A DNA stretch of 64,000 nt, taken from assembly GCA_041660065.1 (NCBI GenBank), contig JBAZXC010000002.1, forward strand, positions 102,866-166,865, read 5' to 3'. Source of the stretch: Parcubacteria group bacterium (GTDB lineage: Bacteria > Patescibacteriota > Minisyncoccia > Moranbacterales > GCA-2747515). Below are positions 19,979 through 28,610 of this stretch, in pieces (the stretch's first letter is position 1; every line of letters begins with the position of its first letter). Position numbers and translations under genes: made by a program. Under the pieces are notes generated by a model that was not told the origin of the DNA, ran no database searches, and saw only the letters and a program-made list of their open reading frames with translations.

Positions 19979-20879
19979 ATATCGTATTATTTTTATCAAT
20001 AATGATCGCTTTGATGTGATGATCCTGTGCGTATTGCATGCCTTTATCCATGCCCATCAAAAATATCGTTTTTGCCCATACATCCGCCATCTCCACCGAT
20101 CGCGCAATCACCGTAACAGTAGAGAGATCGAACGCTGACATTCCTTCATTTTTTGGATCGATCAAGTGATGTCTTTTTTGATCTCCGATGATCCATTGTC
20201 TGCGCGTCACACCAGACGTTGCAAGTCCCTCTCCATCCACACACAGCGATATTTGTGCATCCTTAAGCCCTTCTATGCCAACGTACCATGATTTTTCCGC
20301 AACATCCTTGCCTTCTACCCACATATCCCCTCCTGCATCGATGATATAACCTTCGCAACGTCCGCGCAAAAATGAACGTGCCTGATCGACCACCCATCCT
20401 TTTACAATACCAGACAGATCGATCTTTTGGTGTATGAGAATCATCGACGCCTCCTTATTGACCACAATATCTCCTGTGATCATTTGTCTGTCGCGATGCG
20501 AGATATTCACATTCTGTGATTTTTTGTGATCAAGCTTATCTATGTAAAAATCATGGTCATAACCCGATTGGATAAGTGCATCATAGATCCGCGGATCAAA
20601 ATATCCTCCCGTTCTGTCATGATAGTATATTGCCCGCTCCACCACATCAATGAATTCTTCCGACACCTGCACATATGCACCCACATGGTTATTTACGAAA
20701 GACAATTCGCTCGCCACGCGAAACCTGCTGAATATCTGTTCCATTTTTTTAAAAAACACTTCGATATTTTCCATGATGTGCGTGATCTCCTCCTTTCCCA
20801 ATTCTTCACTGACGATATCAATTACCACATCCGTACCCATCGCTTTGAATGATCCACTCCAGCGCTCGTTATTTTTCAT
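19941..20879 (-). CDS. apbE: FAD:protein FMN transferase
   Basis: AMGT, FSRF..SELS, DLSGIVKGW, DAGGD, LATSG, HHLIDP, ADVWAK. Confidence 0.93.
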   Translation of the reverse strand: MKNNERWSGSFKAMGTDVVIDIVSEELGKEEITHIMENIEVFFKKMEQIFSRFRVASELSFVNNHVGAYVQVSEEFIDVVERAIYYHDRTGGYFDPRIYDALIQSGYDHDFYIDKLDHKKSQNVNISHRDRQMITGDIVVNKEASMILIHQKIDLSGIVKGWVVDQARSFLRGRCEGYIIDAGGDMWVEGKDVAEKSWYVGIEGLKDAQISLCVDGEGLATSGVTRRQWIIGDQKRHHLIDPKNEGMSAFDLSTVTVIARSVEMADVWAKTIFLMGMDKGMQYAQDHHIKAIIIDKNNTIYATEDIQQNIVR

Positions 20880-21246
20880 ATACATCAACAATGCCATTAC
20901 GATCATCATCCTTTACAATAAAATGGTCATTTATGCTGGGATATTGATCTGTATCATCAAAAATACCATCGCCATCCGTATCAGCTTGTGTTGTGGTAAC
21001 GATTTCTTTTGACACCGTTTCGCTTACAGTCACTATTTCTGTAACAACTGTTTCTTTTGTAACAGCATCGTCAGATCGTTTCTCATCGTCCTCCTCATCC
21101 TCATATTCTTCCTGGTCATCTTCTTCATTCTCCTGTGCAACAACGCGCTGTGCGAAAGAACTATACATAACAACAAAAAAAACAAGGCTCAATACAAGTG
21201 ACATAATTACAGCTATTTTTTTGGATAAATGTTTCATAATATACAC
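20869..21246 (-). CDS. exported acidic protein with DxDxDG repeats
   Basis: Signal/TM segment, acidic tract, DTDGDGIFD and DDDRNGIVD. Confidence 0.7.
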   Translation of the reverse strand: MYIMKHLSKKIAVIMSLVLSLVFFVVMYSSFAQRVVAQENEEDDQEEYEDEEDDEKRSDDAVTKETVVTEIVTVSETVSKEIVTTTQADTDGDGIFDDTDQYPSINDHFIVKDDDRNGIVDVYEK

Positions 21247-21256
21247 AATGAAAAAA

Positions 21257-21601
21257 TTATGACGTTTTCGTTTTTTTTGTCGCTTTTGGTGTTGTTGTGA
21301 CAGTCGGTGTCACAATCCTTTGTGGAGTAACTGTTGTCGTAGTGGTTTGTTGTGTCACCTGTTCCGTTGGTACGTGTGCTGATTTTTGCAATACTATATC
21401 CCTCTCTTTGGCAAAATCCCGTTGTGCGGTTACAATATCACTCTGCATCAATTGATCCATATAATCTTTGATATCACTGTATGTTTTGAGATTTTTTTGT
21501 TGTTCATAATGCACACGAAAACCCAAAACAGCTGCAAGTGTAGCAAATACGCTTGCAAAGAATATCGCGATCTTCAATGGAACATTTTGCATTTTCATCA
21601 T
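21257..21601 (-). CDS. membrane-anchored Thr-rich protein
   Basis: N-terminal TM, Thr-rich tail ending TKTS; first gene of the apbE cluster. Confidence 0.7.
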   Translation of the reverse strand: MMKMQNVPLKIAIFFASVFATLAAVLGFRVHYEQQKNLKTYSDIKDYMDQLMQSDIVTAQRDFAKERDIVLQKSAHVPTEQVTQQTTTTTVTPQRIVTPTVTTTPKATKKTKTS

Positions 21602-21615
21602 AAATTAACAGCTTA

Positions 21616-22098
21616 TTATATTAGCGCATACAATGCGATACCGGCAGCAACCGACACGTTGAGCGATTTCTTTTGTCCATACATTGGAATATCGATCATC
21701 ACATCACATCGTGCCAATGTTTCTTCATCGATACCAACAGGTTCATTGCCAAGCACAAGCGCGATATTCCCGACAGGTTTATATGAACGAAAATCAATAC
21801 TCCGCTCTCCTTGTTCCAGCGCAACGATCGTCACAGATCCTTTTTTCAATTCTGTCGCAACATCCGCAAAATCGTGATGTTGTGACCATGACACATATTC
21901 ATTCGCACCCAGCGCCGTTTTGATGATCATACGCTCAGGCTTGGTTGTGTAAATCCGTGTGCCGTCCGGCGGTGCAGGCGTATATCCCGTGAGATAAATA
22001 TGATCCACACCAGCACCGTCTGCCGTACGAAAAATCGCCCCGACATTATATGCAGACCGGACATTATGTAATACCAGATAAAATTTTTTTTCTTTCAT
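21616..22098 (-). CDS. TrmH/SpoU family RNA methyltransferase
   Basis: NVRSAYNVGAIFRTAD, VLGNE..GI, IPMYG.KKSLNVSVA. Confidence 0.92.
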   Translation of the reverse strand: MKEKKFYLVLHNVRSAYNVGAIFRTADGAGVDHIYLTGYTPAPPDGTRIYTTKPERMIIKTALGANEYVSWSQHHDFADVATELKKGSVTIVALEQGERSIDFRSYKPVGNIALVLGNEPVGIDEETLARCDVMIDIPMYGQKKSLNVSVAAGIALYALI

Positions 22099-22116
22099 AC
22101 GTTATCAAAAAACCTT

Positions 22117-22659
22117 TTAAATGTGCATCTTTTTGAGATCTCTGCGCAACTCTTTATATCGCGGGATCGTCTGTGCCACAAGTATCCAAAATTGCTTAGA
22201 ATGATTCATTTCCCACAAGTGACACATCTCATGCACTATTACATAATCGCGCAAATCATCAGATACACACATCAGTTTACAATTAAAACTCAATGTACCG
22301 TCAGAGCTGCAGCTACCCCATCGCGTCTTTTGATGTCTGATATGTATTTTTGTATATACATATTTATAGTGTGTATTGAAATATGCTAATCGCTCTTCAA
22401 TGATTGGTCGCAAAACTTTTTTCATATGTTTCACAACACATGGATCAACAGTGACATTTTTATGTTTTGTCGTGATATTTTTTCTGATCCATTGTACATT
22501 GCGCGCGATCAAATCTTTCACCATCACCGTCGTACACGCACGTGGCACAGATACCACAAGTGATCCATCATGATGCGTGATAAATCTTACATGTTTTTGG
22601 CGTGATCGCCGCTTGATCGTAAAAGGGATTTTTTTATTATCAACAATAATATGCTCCAT
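22117..22659 (-). CDS. YgjP/DUF45-like (M48-related) metal-dependent hydrolase
   Basis: KTRWGSCS and DYVIVHEMCHLWEMNHS. Confidence 0.88.
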   Translation of the reverse strand: MEHIIVDNKKIPFTIKRRSRQKHVRFITHHDGSLVVSVPRACTTVMVKDLIARNVQWIRKNITTKHKNVTVDPCVVKHMKKVLRPIIEERLAYFNTHYKYVYTKIHIRHQKTRWGSCSSDGTLSFNCKLMCVSDDLRDYVIVHEMCHLWEMNHSKQFWILVAQTIPRYKELRRDLKKMHI

Positions 22660-22675
22660 GTAAAAAATTTATTAT

Positions 22676-24535
22676 TCAAGACTTCACTATTTTTGTGATC
22701 TGTTTTATGATCGCCTCTATAGATAATCCGGCATCCGTAAGTACCTCTTCACGAGATCCGTGTGTCAAAAAAACATCCGGCAAACCCATATTATGCACAC
22801 GCACATCAATGCCCTGTGCCAATACGCATTCATTTACAGCGCTTCCCGCTCCGCCCATTACAGCATTATCTTCCACCGTTACAATGTGGCGATGCGTCTT
22901 GCATAATCTCTTGATCACTTGTGTATCCAATGGCTTGACGAATCGCATATTTACGAGTGTTGCATCCATTGTCTCCGCAACGACCATACACCGATCCACC
23001 ATTGCGCCAAATGCAAGGATCACCACATTTTTTCCTTTACGCAATACCATCGCTTTGCCTAAAACGATCTCACTAGTATTTCCTTTTAATTGTTCTTGAC
23101 CACTGCATCGTGGATAGCGCACTGCACTCGGGCCGACGTGGTCATATGCAAATTGCAACATCTTTTTACTCTCCTCCAAATCTGCCGGCGCAAGGATGAC
23201 CATGTTTGGTATGCATCGCAAAAACGACAGATCAAAACTGCCTGCGTGTGTCGCACCATCCGGACCCACAATGCCGGCCCGATCGATCGCAAACATCACA
23301 TCGAGATTTTGCAAAGCAACATCGTGAATGAGCTGATCGTATGCGCGTTGCAAAAATGTTGAGTAGATTGCTACTACCGGTTTAACACCACCTGTCGCAA
23401 GTCCGGCGGCAAATGTCACAGCATGTTGTTCTGCAATACCCACATCATGATGACGCTCCGAATATTTTTGATGGAATTCTTTGAGACCGGAACCCTCCAG
23501 CATTGCCGGCGTGATCGCATGAAGCCTTTTGTCCTTCTTTGCCGCCTCACAAACCCACTGCGCAAACACATCGGTATATGTTTTATTTTTTTTCTTTTGA
23601 TCGCTCTTTTCTCCGGTTTGCGGATCGAACGGTCCCACAGCGTGCAACGACGTGCGATCATTCTTTGCATGGATATATCCTTTTCCCTTCGTTGTTACAA
23701 TATGCAGAAAGCGCGGTCCTTTGATGTCTTTGAGATTATGCAACACCTCAGCAAGCGTTTTGACATCATGTCCATCAATTGGTCCGAAATACAAAAATCC
23801 CAATTCTTCAAAAAGCGTCCCCGGCGTCAGCATGCCTTTCGCATAAAGTTCCGTTTTGCGCGCAAGCTCGTGGATCGTTGGAGATTTGCGCGAGAGAAGG
23901 TCTTTGCTTTCCTTGCGCAAACGCTGAAATCGCCGCGATGAAATAAGCCGTGTTAAATATTTGTGCATTGCGCCTACATTTGGTGAGATCGACATTTTAT
24001 TATCATTGAGAACCACCAACACGTCCGCCATTACATCACCCGCATGATTGAGCGCCTCAAATGCCATACCACCCGTAAGCGCACCATCCCCGATCACGGC
24101 AATATGTTTTTCTTTTTTATCCTTTGACGCAAGTGCCATACCAACCGCCGCACTGATTGATGTTGTAGAGTGTCCCACACCAAAAGCATCATGATCACTC
24201 TCTTCTCTTTTGGGAAATGGCGAGAGTCCATCCTTCTGACGGATCGTGCACAGATAATCTTTGCGTCCCGTAAGGATCTTGTGTGGATATGCCTGATGAC
24301 CCACATCCCAGATAATTTTATCTCGCGGTGAATTGAACACGTGGTGCAAAGCAACCGTTAATTCCACAACACCAAGATTGGAACCAAAATGCCCACCCGT
24401 ACGTGCTACAGATTCAATGAGAAAATCACGCACTTCATCACACAAGATACACAGTTGTTCATGTGTGAGTTTTTGTACGTCCCCCGGACCATTGATCTTA
24501 TGCAGAATTTTATATTTTTCCGAACTTTGAGACAT
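22676..24535 (-). CDS. dxs: 1-deoxy-D-xylulose-5-phosphate synthase
   Basis: GGHFGSNLGVVEL, WDVGHQAYPHKILTGR, GDGALTGG..NDN, GIAEQHAV, DGATHAG. Start taken at ATG 24535 (MSQSSEK). Confidence 0.97.
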   Translation of the reverse strand: MSQSSEKYKILHKINGPGDVQKLTHEQLCILCDEVRDFLIESVARTGGHFGSNLGVVELTVALHHVFNSPRDKIIWDVGHQAYPHKILTGRKDYLCTIRQKDGLSPFPKREESDHDAFGVGHSTTSISAAVGMALASKDKKEKHIAVIGDGALTGGMAFEALNHAGDVMADVLVVLNDNKMSISPNVGAMHKYLTRLISSRRFQRLRKESKDLLSRKSPTIHELARKTELYAKGMLTPGTLFEELGFLYFGPIDGHDVKTLAEVLHNLKDIKGPRFLHIVTTKGKGYIHAKNDRTSLHAVGPFDPQTGEKSDQKKKNKTYTDVFAQWVCEAAKKDKRLHAITPAMLEGSGLKEFHQKYSERHHDVGIAEQHAVTFAAGLATGGVKPVVAIYSTFLQRAYDQLIHDVALQNLDVMFAIDRAGIVGPDGATHAGSFDLSFLRCIPNMVILAPADLEESKKMLQFAYDHVGPSAVRYPRCSGQEQLKGNTSEIVLGKAMVLRKGKNVVILAFGAMVDRCMVVAETMDATLVNMRFVKPLDTQVIKRLCKTHRHIVTVEDNAVMGGAGSAVNECVLAQGIDVRVHNMGLPDVFLTHGSREEVLTDAGLSIEAIIKQITKIVKS

Positions 24536-24602
24536 ATGCGCTATTTTAACACAATTTGAAAATCTTTTGACATTTTTCAACACATAAAATACAGTACAAG
24601 AT

Positions 24603-25829
24603 ATGAATACAATAGCAAAAAAGGAGGATTTCCCTATTTTTACACAAAACCCACAACTTGTATACCTCGACTCCGCCGCGACAGCATTGACGCCACAGAT
24701 CGTCATCGACAAATTGTGCGAATATTACACTACATACAACGCCAATATTGCACGCGGTCTTTATGCGATTAGCACGCGTGCAACGATTGAATTTGAAGCG
24801 TCACGACAAGTTGTTGCTCAATTTATCAATGCACGCGAAAATGAGATCGTTTTTACTTCCGGCACCACGATGAGTCTCAATATGATCGCATATGGGTTAG
24901 CCGATACGATCACAGCGCAAAACAATATCGTTACGACCGCCATGGAGCATCATGCGAATTTTATCCCATGGCAACAACTCTGCGAAAGAACAGGTGCCCA
25001 ATTTCGTGTTGCCACGATCACAGAAGACGGAGAGATTGATCAAAATCATCTACTAGACCTCATTGACGCCGATACGTCCGTTGTTGCATTGACCCATGTA
25101 TCCAATGTTCTCGGAACGATCAATCCGATCAAGGAGATCATCGCAAAAATCCGAACAAAAAAACCTGACACACTGATTGTCATCGATGCCGCACAGTCGA
25201 TCGCACACTTACCGATCGATGTTGCTGATATTGATTGTGATTTCCTCGCTTTTTCCATGCATAAAGTTTTTGGCCCGACTGGTGTCGGCATCCTCTATGG
25301 CAAAAAGAGCTCCCTCGAAAAACTCCGACCCGTTTTTACCGGTGGCGACATGATCGAAAGCGTGTCCACTTGCACCACAACATTTCGCGAACTCCCGCAT
25401 CGATTAGAAGCCGGTACACCACATATTGCCGGCGTGATCGCAACCAAAACCGCACTTGACTATCTCTCACGCATTGGTTATCAAGCAATTCGTGCACATG
25501 AAGAAGATCTCCTTGCATATTGTATCTCGCAATTGAAAGAACATTTCGGAGAGACAATTACAATTATCGGACCAAAAGAGATCGAAAAACGTTCCGGGCT
25601 TATCAGTTTTACGTTTGGCAATTTCCACCCGCACGACATCGCCACGATCCTTGATGACAGCGCCTCTGTCGCGATTCGTGCCGGACAACACTGCACGATG
25701 CCACTCCACATCGAAACCCTCCACATCAACGCTACCGCTCGCGCGAGCTTCTCTATTTACAACACCAGAGAGGACATCGACGCTCTTATCACCGGCCTCA
25801 AAAATGTTTCCGATACACTGTCAAAATAA
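24603..25829 (+). CDS. sufS: SufS-type cysteine desulfurase
   Basis: YLDSAATA, MEHHAN, FSMHKVFGPTG, AIRAGQHC. Confidence 0.95.
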   Translation: MNTIAKKEDFPIFTQNPQLVYLDSAATALTPQIVIDKLCEYYTTYNANIARGLYAISTRATIEFEASRQVVAQFINARENEIVFTSGTTMSLNMIAYGLADTITAQNNIVTTAMEHHANFIPWQQLCERTGAQFRVATITEDGEIDQNHLLDLIDADTSVVALTHVSNVLGTINPIKEIIAKIRTKKPDTLIVIDAAQSIAHLPIDVADIDCDFLAFSMHKVFGPTGVGILYGKKSSLEKLRPVFTGGDMIESVSTCTTTFRELPHRLEAGTPHIAGVIATKTALDYLSRIGYQAIRAHEEDLLAYCISQLKEHFGETITIIGPKEIEKRSGLISFTFGNFHPHDIATILDDSASVAIRAGQHCTMPLHIETLHINATARASFSIYNTREDIDALITGLKNVSDTLSK

Positions 25830-25891
25830 TACTTCCTATGACCATTTTTCTTTTCCTACCACCTACAACCTAACTCTTACCACCTATTTAT

Positions 25892-26269
25892 ATGAACATT
25901 TACCAAGAAAAAATTCTCGACCATTACCACAATCCGCGCAACGCCGGCACGATTGACGCACCTACACATAAATGTTGTGCCGACAATCCTACATGCGGAG
26001 ATAAGATCTGTGTCACACTCATGATCGATGACGATCATATCACTGATGTAAAATTTACCGGTGACGGTTGCGCCATCTCTCAAGCGGCAGCGTCACTTGT
26101 CACAGAAAAGATCAGTGGCAATACAGTTGTAAACGCACTAAAACTCACACGCAATGATATTACAGAGATGCTTGGCGTAGAGATCGGCATCGGTCGCATT
26201 AAATGTGCTCTCCTCGGCATCGAAACCATTCAAAAAGCCATTCAATGCGGACAGGTCGATAAAAACTAA
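25892..26269 (+). CDS. sufU: SufU/IscU-like Fe-S assembly protein
   Basis: ILDHYHNPRN, NPTCGD, GCAISQAAAS, RIKCALL. Confidence 0.92.
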   Translation: MNIYQEKILDHYHNPRNAGTIDAPTHKCCADNPTCGDKICVTLMIDDDHITDVKFTGDGCAISQAAASLVTEKISGNTVVNALKLTRNDITEMLGVEIGIGRIKCALLGIETIQKAIQCGQVDKN

Positions 26270-26315
26270 ACCGTTCGTCATTTTTTCTAAAAAACCCAAG
26301 ATTCTATAACATCTT

Positions 26316-26615
26316 ATGTACATCGACAAAGACTTATTACAAAAACTACACACCGTTATCGATCCGGAGCTCAACATCCCCATCACCGACATGGGACTGA
26401 TCTATGGCATCAAACAAGTTGACGATACTGTCCACGTCACCATGACACTCACAACGATCGGCTGTCCGCTCTATGACGTGATCCATGACGAGATCGTGCG
26501 CACACTCACCACAGACCCTTCGATCAAAGACGTGCAAATTGAACTCACATTTGATCCCCCATGGACACCGGACATGATGACCGACGCCACTAAAATGGAA
26601 ATTGGATTTTTGTAG
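26316..26615 (+). CDS. sufT: DUF59/SufT (MIP18) Fe-S maturation protein
   Basis: VIDPELNIPITDMGLIY, TLTTIGCP, TFDPPWTPDMM. Confidence 0.9.
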   Translation: MYIDKDLLQKLHTVIDPELNIPITDMGLIYGIKQVDDTVHVTMTLTTIGCPLYDVIHDEIVRTLTTDPSIKDVQIELTFDPPWTPDMMTDATKMEIGFL

Positions 26616-26678
26616 CATTTACTTTTTATGCCAAAAACAAAAAAATTGTCATTCCTGCGAAGGCAGGAATCTTTACAT

Positions 26679-27124
26679 TTACAAAGTTTCATATAGATCC
26701 TTCCAATGCGGGTTTTCTTTCTCAATCAAATTGATTTTCCAATCTCTTTTCCATTTTTTTAATTGCTTTTCACGCACCAGCGCAGAGTGAACATCAGTCG
26801 TTTGTTCAAAATACATCAACCTATGCACAAAATATTTCTGCGTGAATCCGTCTGCTATATTATTTTTGTGCTCCCACACTCTTTTTTGAAGATTGGATGT
26901 TACGCCAATATACAATACACCGTTTTTCTTGCTTGCTAAAATATACACGAAATATTATACCATCCTCAACTAACCACTTCTCATAAGTCGCAGTAAAATC
27001 TTGCGCAAAAACTGGAGAAAAAATACGAAGCATATCTGGATATATGTAGTATTTTTTATCCTGTTTTTGCCAAGATTTTCAAGACTTGGTGGGGAGTGGT
27101 TAGTTGAGGATGGTATTACTTCAT
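26679..27124 (-). pseudogene. small GIY-YIG nuclease (UPF0213/YhbQ-like), 5' end interrupted by an insertion
   Basis: VYILASKKNGVLYIGVTSNLQKRVWEH..FTQKY..REKQLKKWKRDWK. Removing 26955-27118 restores ATG AAG TAT TTC GTG (MKYFVYIL). It could still be translated from GTG 26948. Confidence 0.75.
26955..27118. mobile_element. 164-bp palindromic MITE-like insertion
   Basis: 22-bp perfect terminal IR ATACCATCCTCAACTAACCACT / AGTGGTTAGTTGAGGATGGTAT, with imperfect pairing along the whole length. Confidence 0.75.
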
Positions 27125-27195
27125 TTTTTTGATATGAAAGAAAGATTCCTGCCTGCGCAGGAATGACGCGTAGAGGGTTTGCTTATATCTTTTCT

Positions 27196-27320
27196 AAATC
27201 CCTACTGTGTCGGATTTCACTGGGTTTGCCCTGTGAAATTACTTCATACCGACCGAGTCGGATTTAACTGGGTTTACCCTGTTAAATTACTTTGTACCAA
27301 CTGCGTTGGATTTAACAGGG
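27196..27320. repeat. 48-bp tandem palindromic repeat (about 2.6 copies) overlapping the ispG stop
   Basis: Units start at 27201, 27249 and 27297; CCCTGT[GT]AAAT...ATTT[AC]AC[AT]GGG arms with an internal CCGAC/GTCGG-type hairpin. Confidence 0.85.
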
Positions 27321-28504
27321 TCAACCCATTTCCCTTTTTCTTTGATCAGTGCAACCAATGCATCAATTGCGTCTTCCTCCGGAAGATTTCTTTGTACCAC
27401 TTCTTTGCCATAGTACAAACTGATCTTACCTGGTGCGCCACCGACATAGCCAAAATCTGCATCCGCCATTTCACCCGGGCCGTTGACGATGCACCCCATC
27501 ACGGCGATCTTTACACCGGTCAGATGTCCCAGTTTTTGCTTGATCTTTTTTGTCACGGATGCAATGTCAAAAAGTGTGCGACCGCATGATGGGCAGGAAA
27601 TAAATTCTGCTTTGGAAATACGTCGTTTTGTCGCTTGCAGAATCGTAAAACATACAGGGATCTCATCCTCTGGTGGCTCTGTGAGAGAGACGCGCAACGT
27701 ATCACCGATTCCCTCCAAGAGAAGCGTGCCGATCCCAATCGTTGATTTGGCACGTCCATCCTCTTCGCTCCCCGCTTCCGTCACACCGAGATGGATTGGG
27801 TAATCCATATTTTCCTCATCCATTTTATGCGCAAGTAATCTGTTTGCCTCGATCATTGCCGTCGGGTCAGATGCTTTGATCGCGACGACGATATTGTGAT
27901 AATCATTTTTCTGAAACACACGCAGATATTCCATCACGCTTTCCACAAGCCCATAAGGCGTATTGCCATACTTGCCCAACACGCGTCCGGAAAGCGACCC
28001 CCAATTCGCGCCAATGCGAATCGGTTTTTGTGTCTTTTTCAATTCAGCGATAAATGGTTTTAGTCCCTCCTCAATCCTCTCCAACTCTTGTTGATATTCT
28101 CTATCAGTCAAAATTTTGTCACCACTACCACGACTGTCCAACAAATTTCCCGGATTCAATCGGATTTTATCTGCATATATAAGCGCTTCAAACGCCGCCG
28201 CTTTGTCAAAGTGAATATCCGCAACGATCGGCACGGTGCAATGATGCTTTTTTTGCAAAATATCTTTGATCTCTTTGAGCGCGTGCACATGTTTGACCGT
28301 CGGCGTCGTGATCCGCACCAGCTCCGATCCGGCATCCACGCATCGCATAATTTGCGCAACTGTCGCCGCAATATCAAGCGTGTCCGTATTGGTCATTGTT
28401 TGTACGCGAATTGGATGATCACCTCCAATGCCTACATTTCCCACCATCACAACGCGTGTCTTACGTCTCGGTAATAATGCTGCAAATTGATCTGTGTTAT
28501 TCAT
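27287..28504 (-). CDS. ispG: (E)-4-hydroxy-3-methylbut-2-enyl diphosphate synthase
   Basis: VQTMTNTDT, VADIHF, RLNPGN, YPIHLGVTEAG, GDTLRVSLTE, SCPSCGRT, VMGCIVNGPGEMADAD. Confidence 0.97.
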   Translation of the reverse strand: MNNTDQFAALLPRRKTRVVMVGNVGIGGDHPIRVQTMTNTDTLDIAATVAQIMRCVDAGSELVRITTPTVKHVHALKEIKDILQKKHHCTVPIVADIHFDKAAAFEALIYADKIRLNPGNLLDSRGSGDKILTDREYQQELERIEEGLKPFIAELKKTQKPIRIGANWGSLSGRVLGKYGNTPYGLVESVMEYLRVFQKNDYHNIVVAIKASDPTAMIEANRLLAHKMDEENMDYPIHLGVTEAGSEEDGRAKSTIGIGTLLLEGIGDTLRVSLTEPPEDEIPVCFTILQATKRRISKAEFISCPSCGRTLFDIASVTKKIKQKLGHLTGVKIAVMGCIVNGPGEMADADFGYVGGAPGKISLYYGKEVVQRNLPEEDAIDALVALIKEKGKWVDPVKSNAVGTK

Positions 28505-28610
28505 AAGCGCCTCATTTAATAAATTACCTTCGTTTGACAAACACCATGTGAAATACTACCGTAAATATACAGCGACACATAGAGCTCGTCAATTACATAT
28601 ATTTTGTCAC

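Larger units (their letters stand above)
26648..27167. mobile_element. putative element: GIY-YIG nuclease gene bracketed by inverted REP-like palindromes
   Basis: GTCATTCCTGCGAAGGCAGGAATCTTT (26648-26674) and its reverse complement with 1 mismatch (27141-27167) enclose the nuclease gene. Confidence 0.65.

Noticed and set aside
24536-24712. N-terminal extension of Dxs overlapping sufS
   Set aside because: Homology starts near MSQSSEK; the extension is an artefact of the longest-ORF rule. The same applies to ispG/ipk (28494-28610).
27196-27320. CRISPR-like array
   Set aside because: The units are contiguous diverged 48-mers with no unique spacers, and there are no cas genes in the window.
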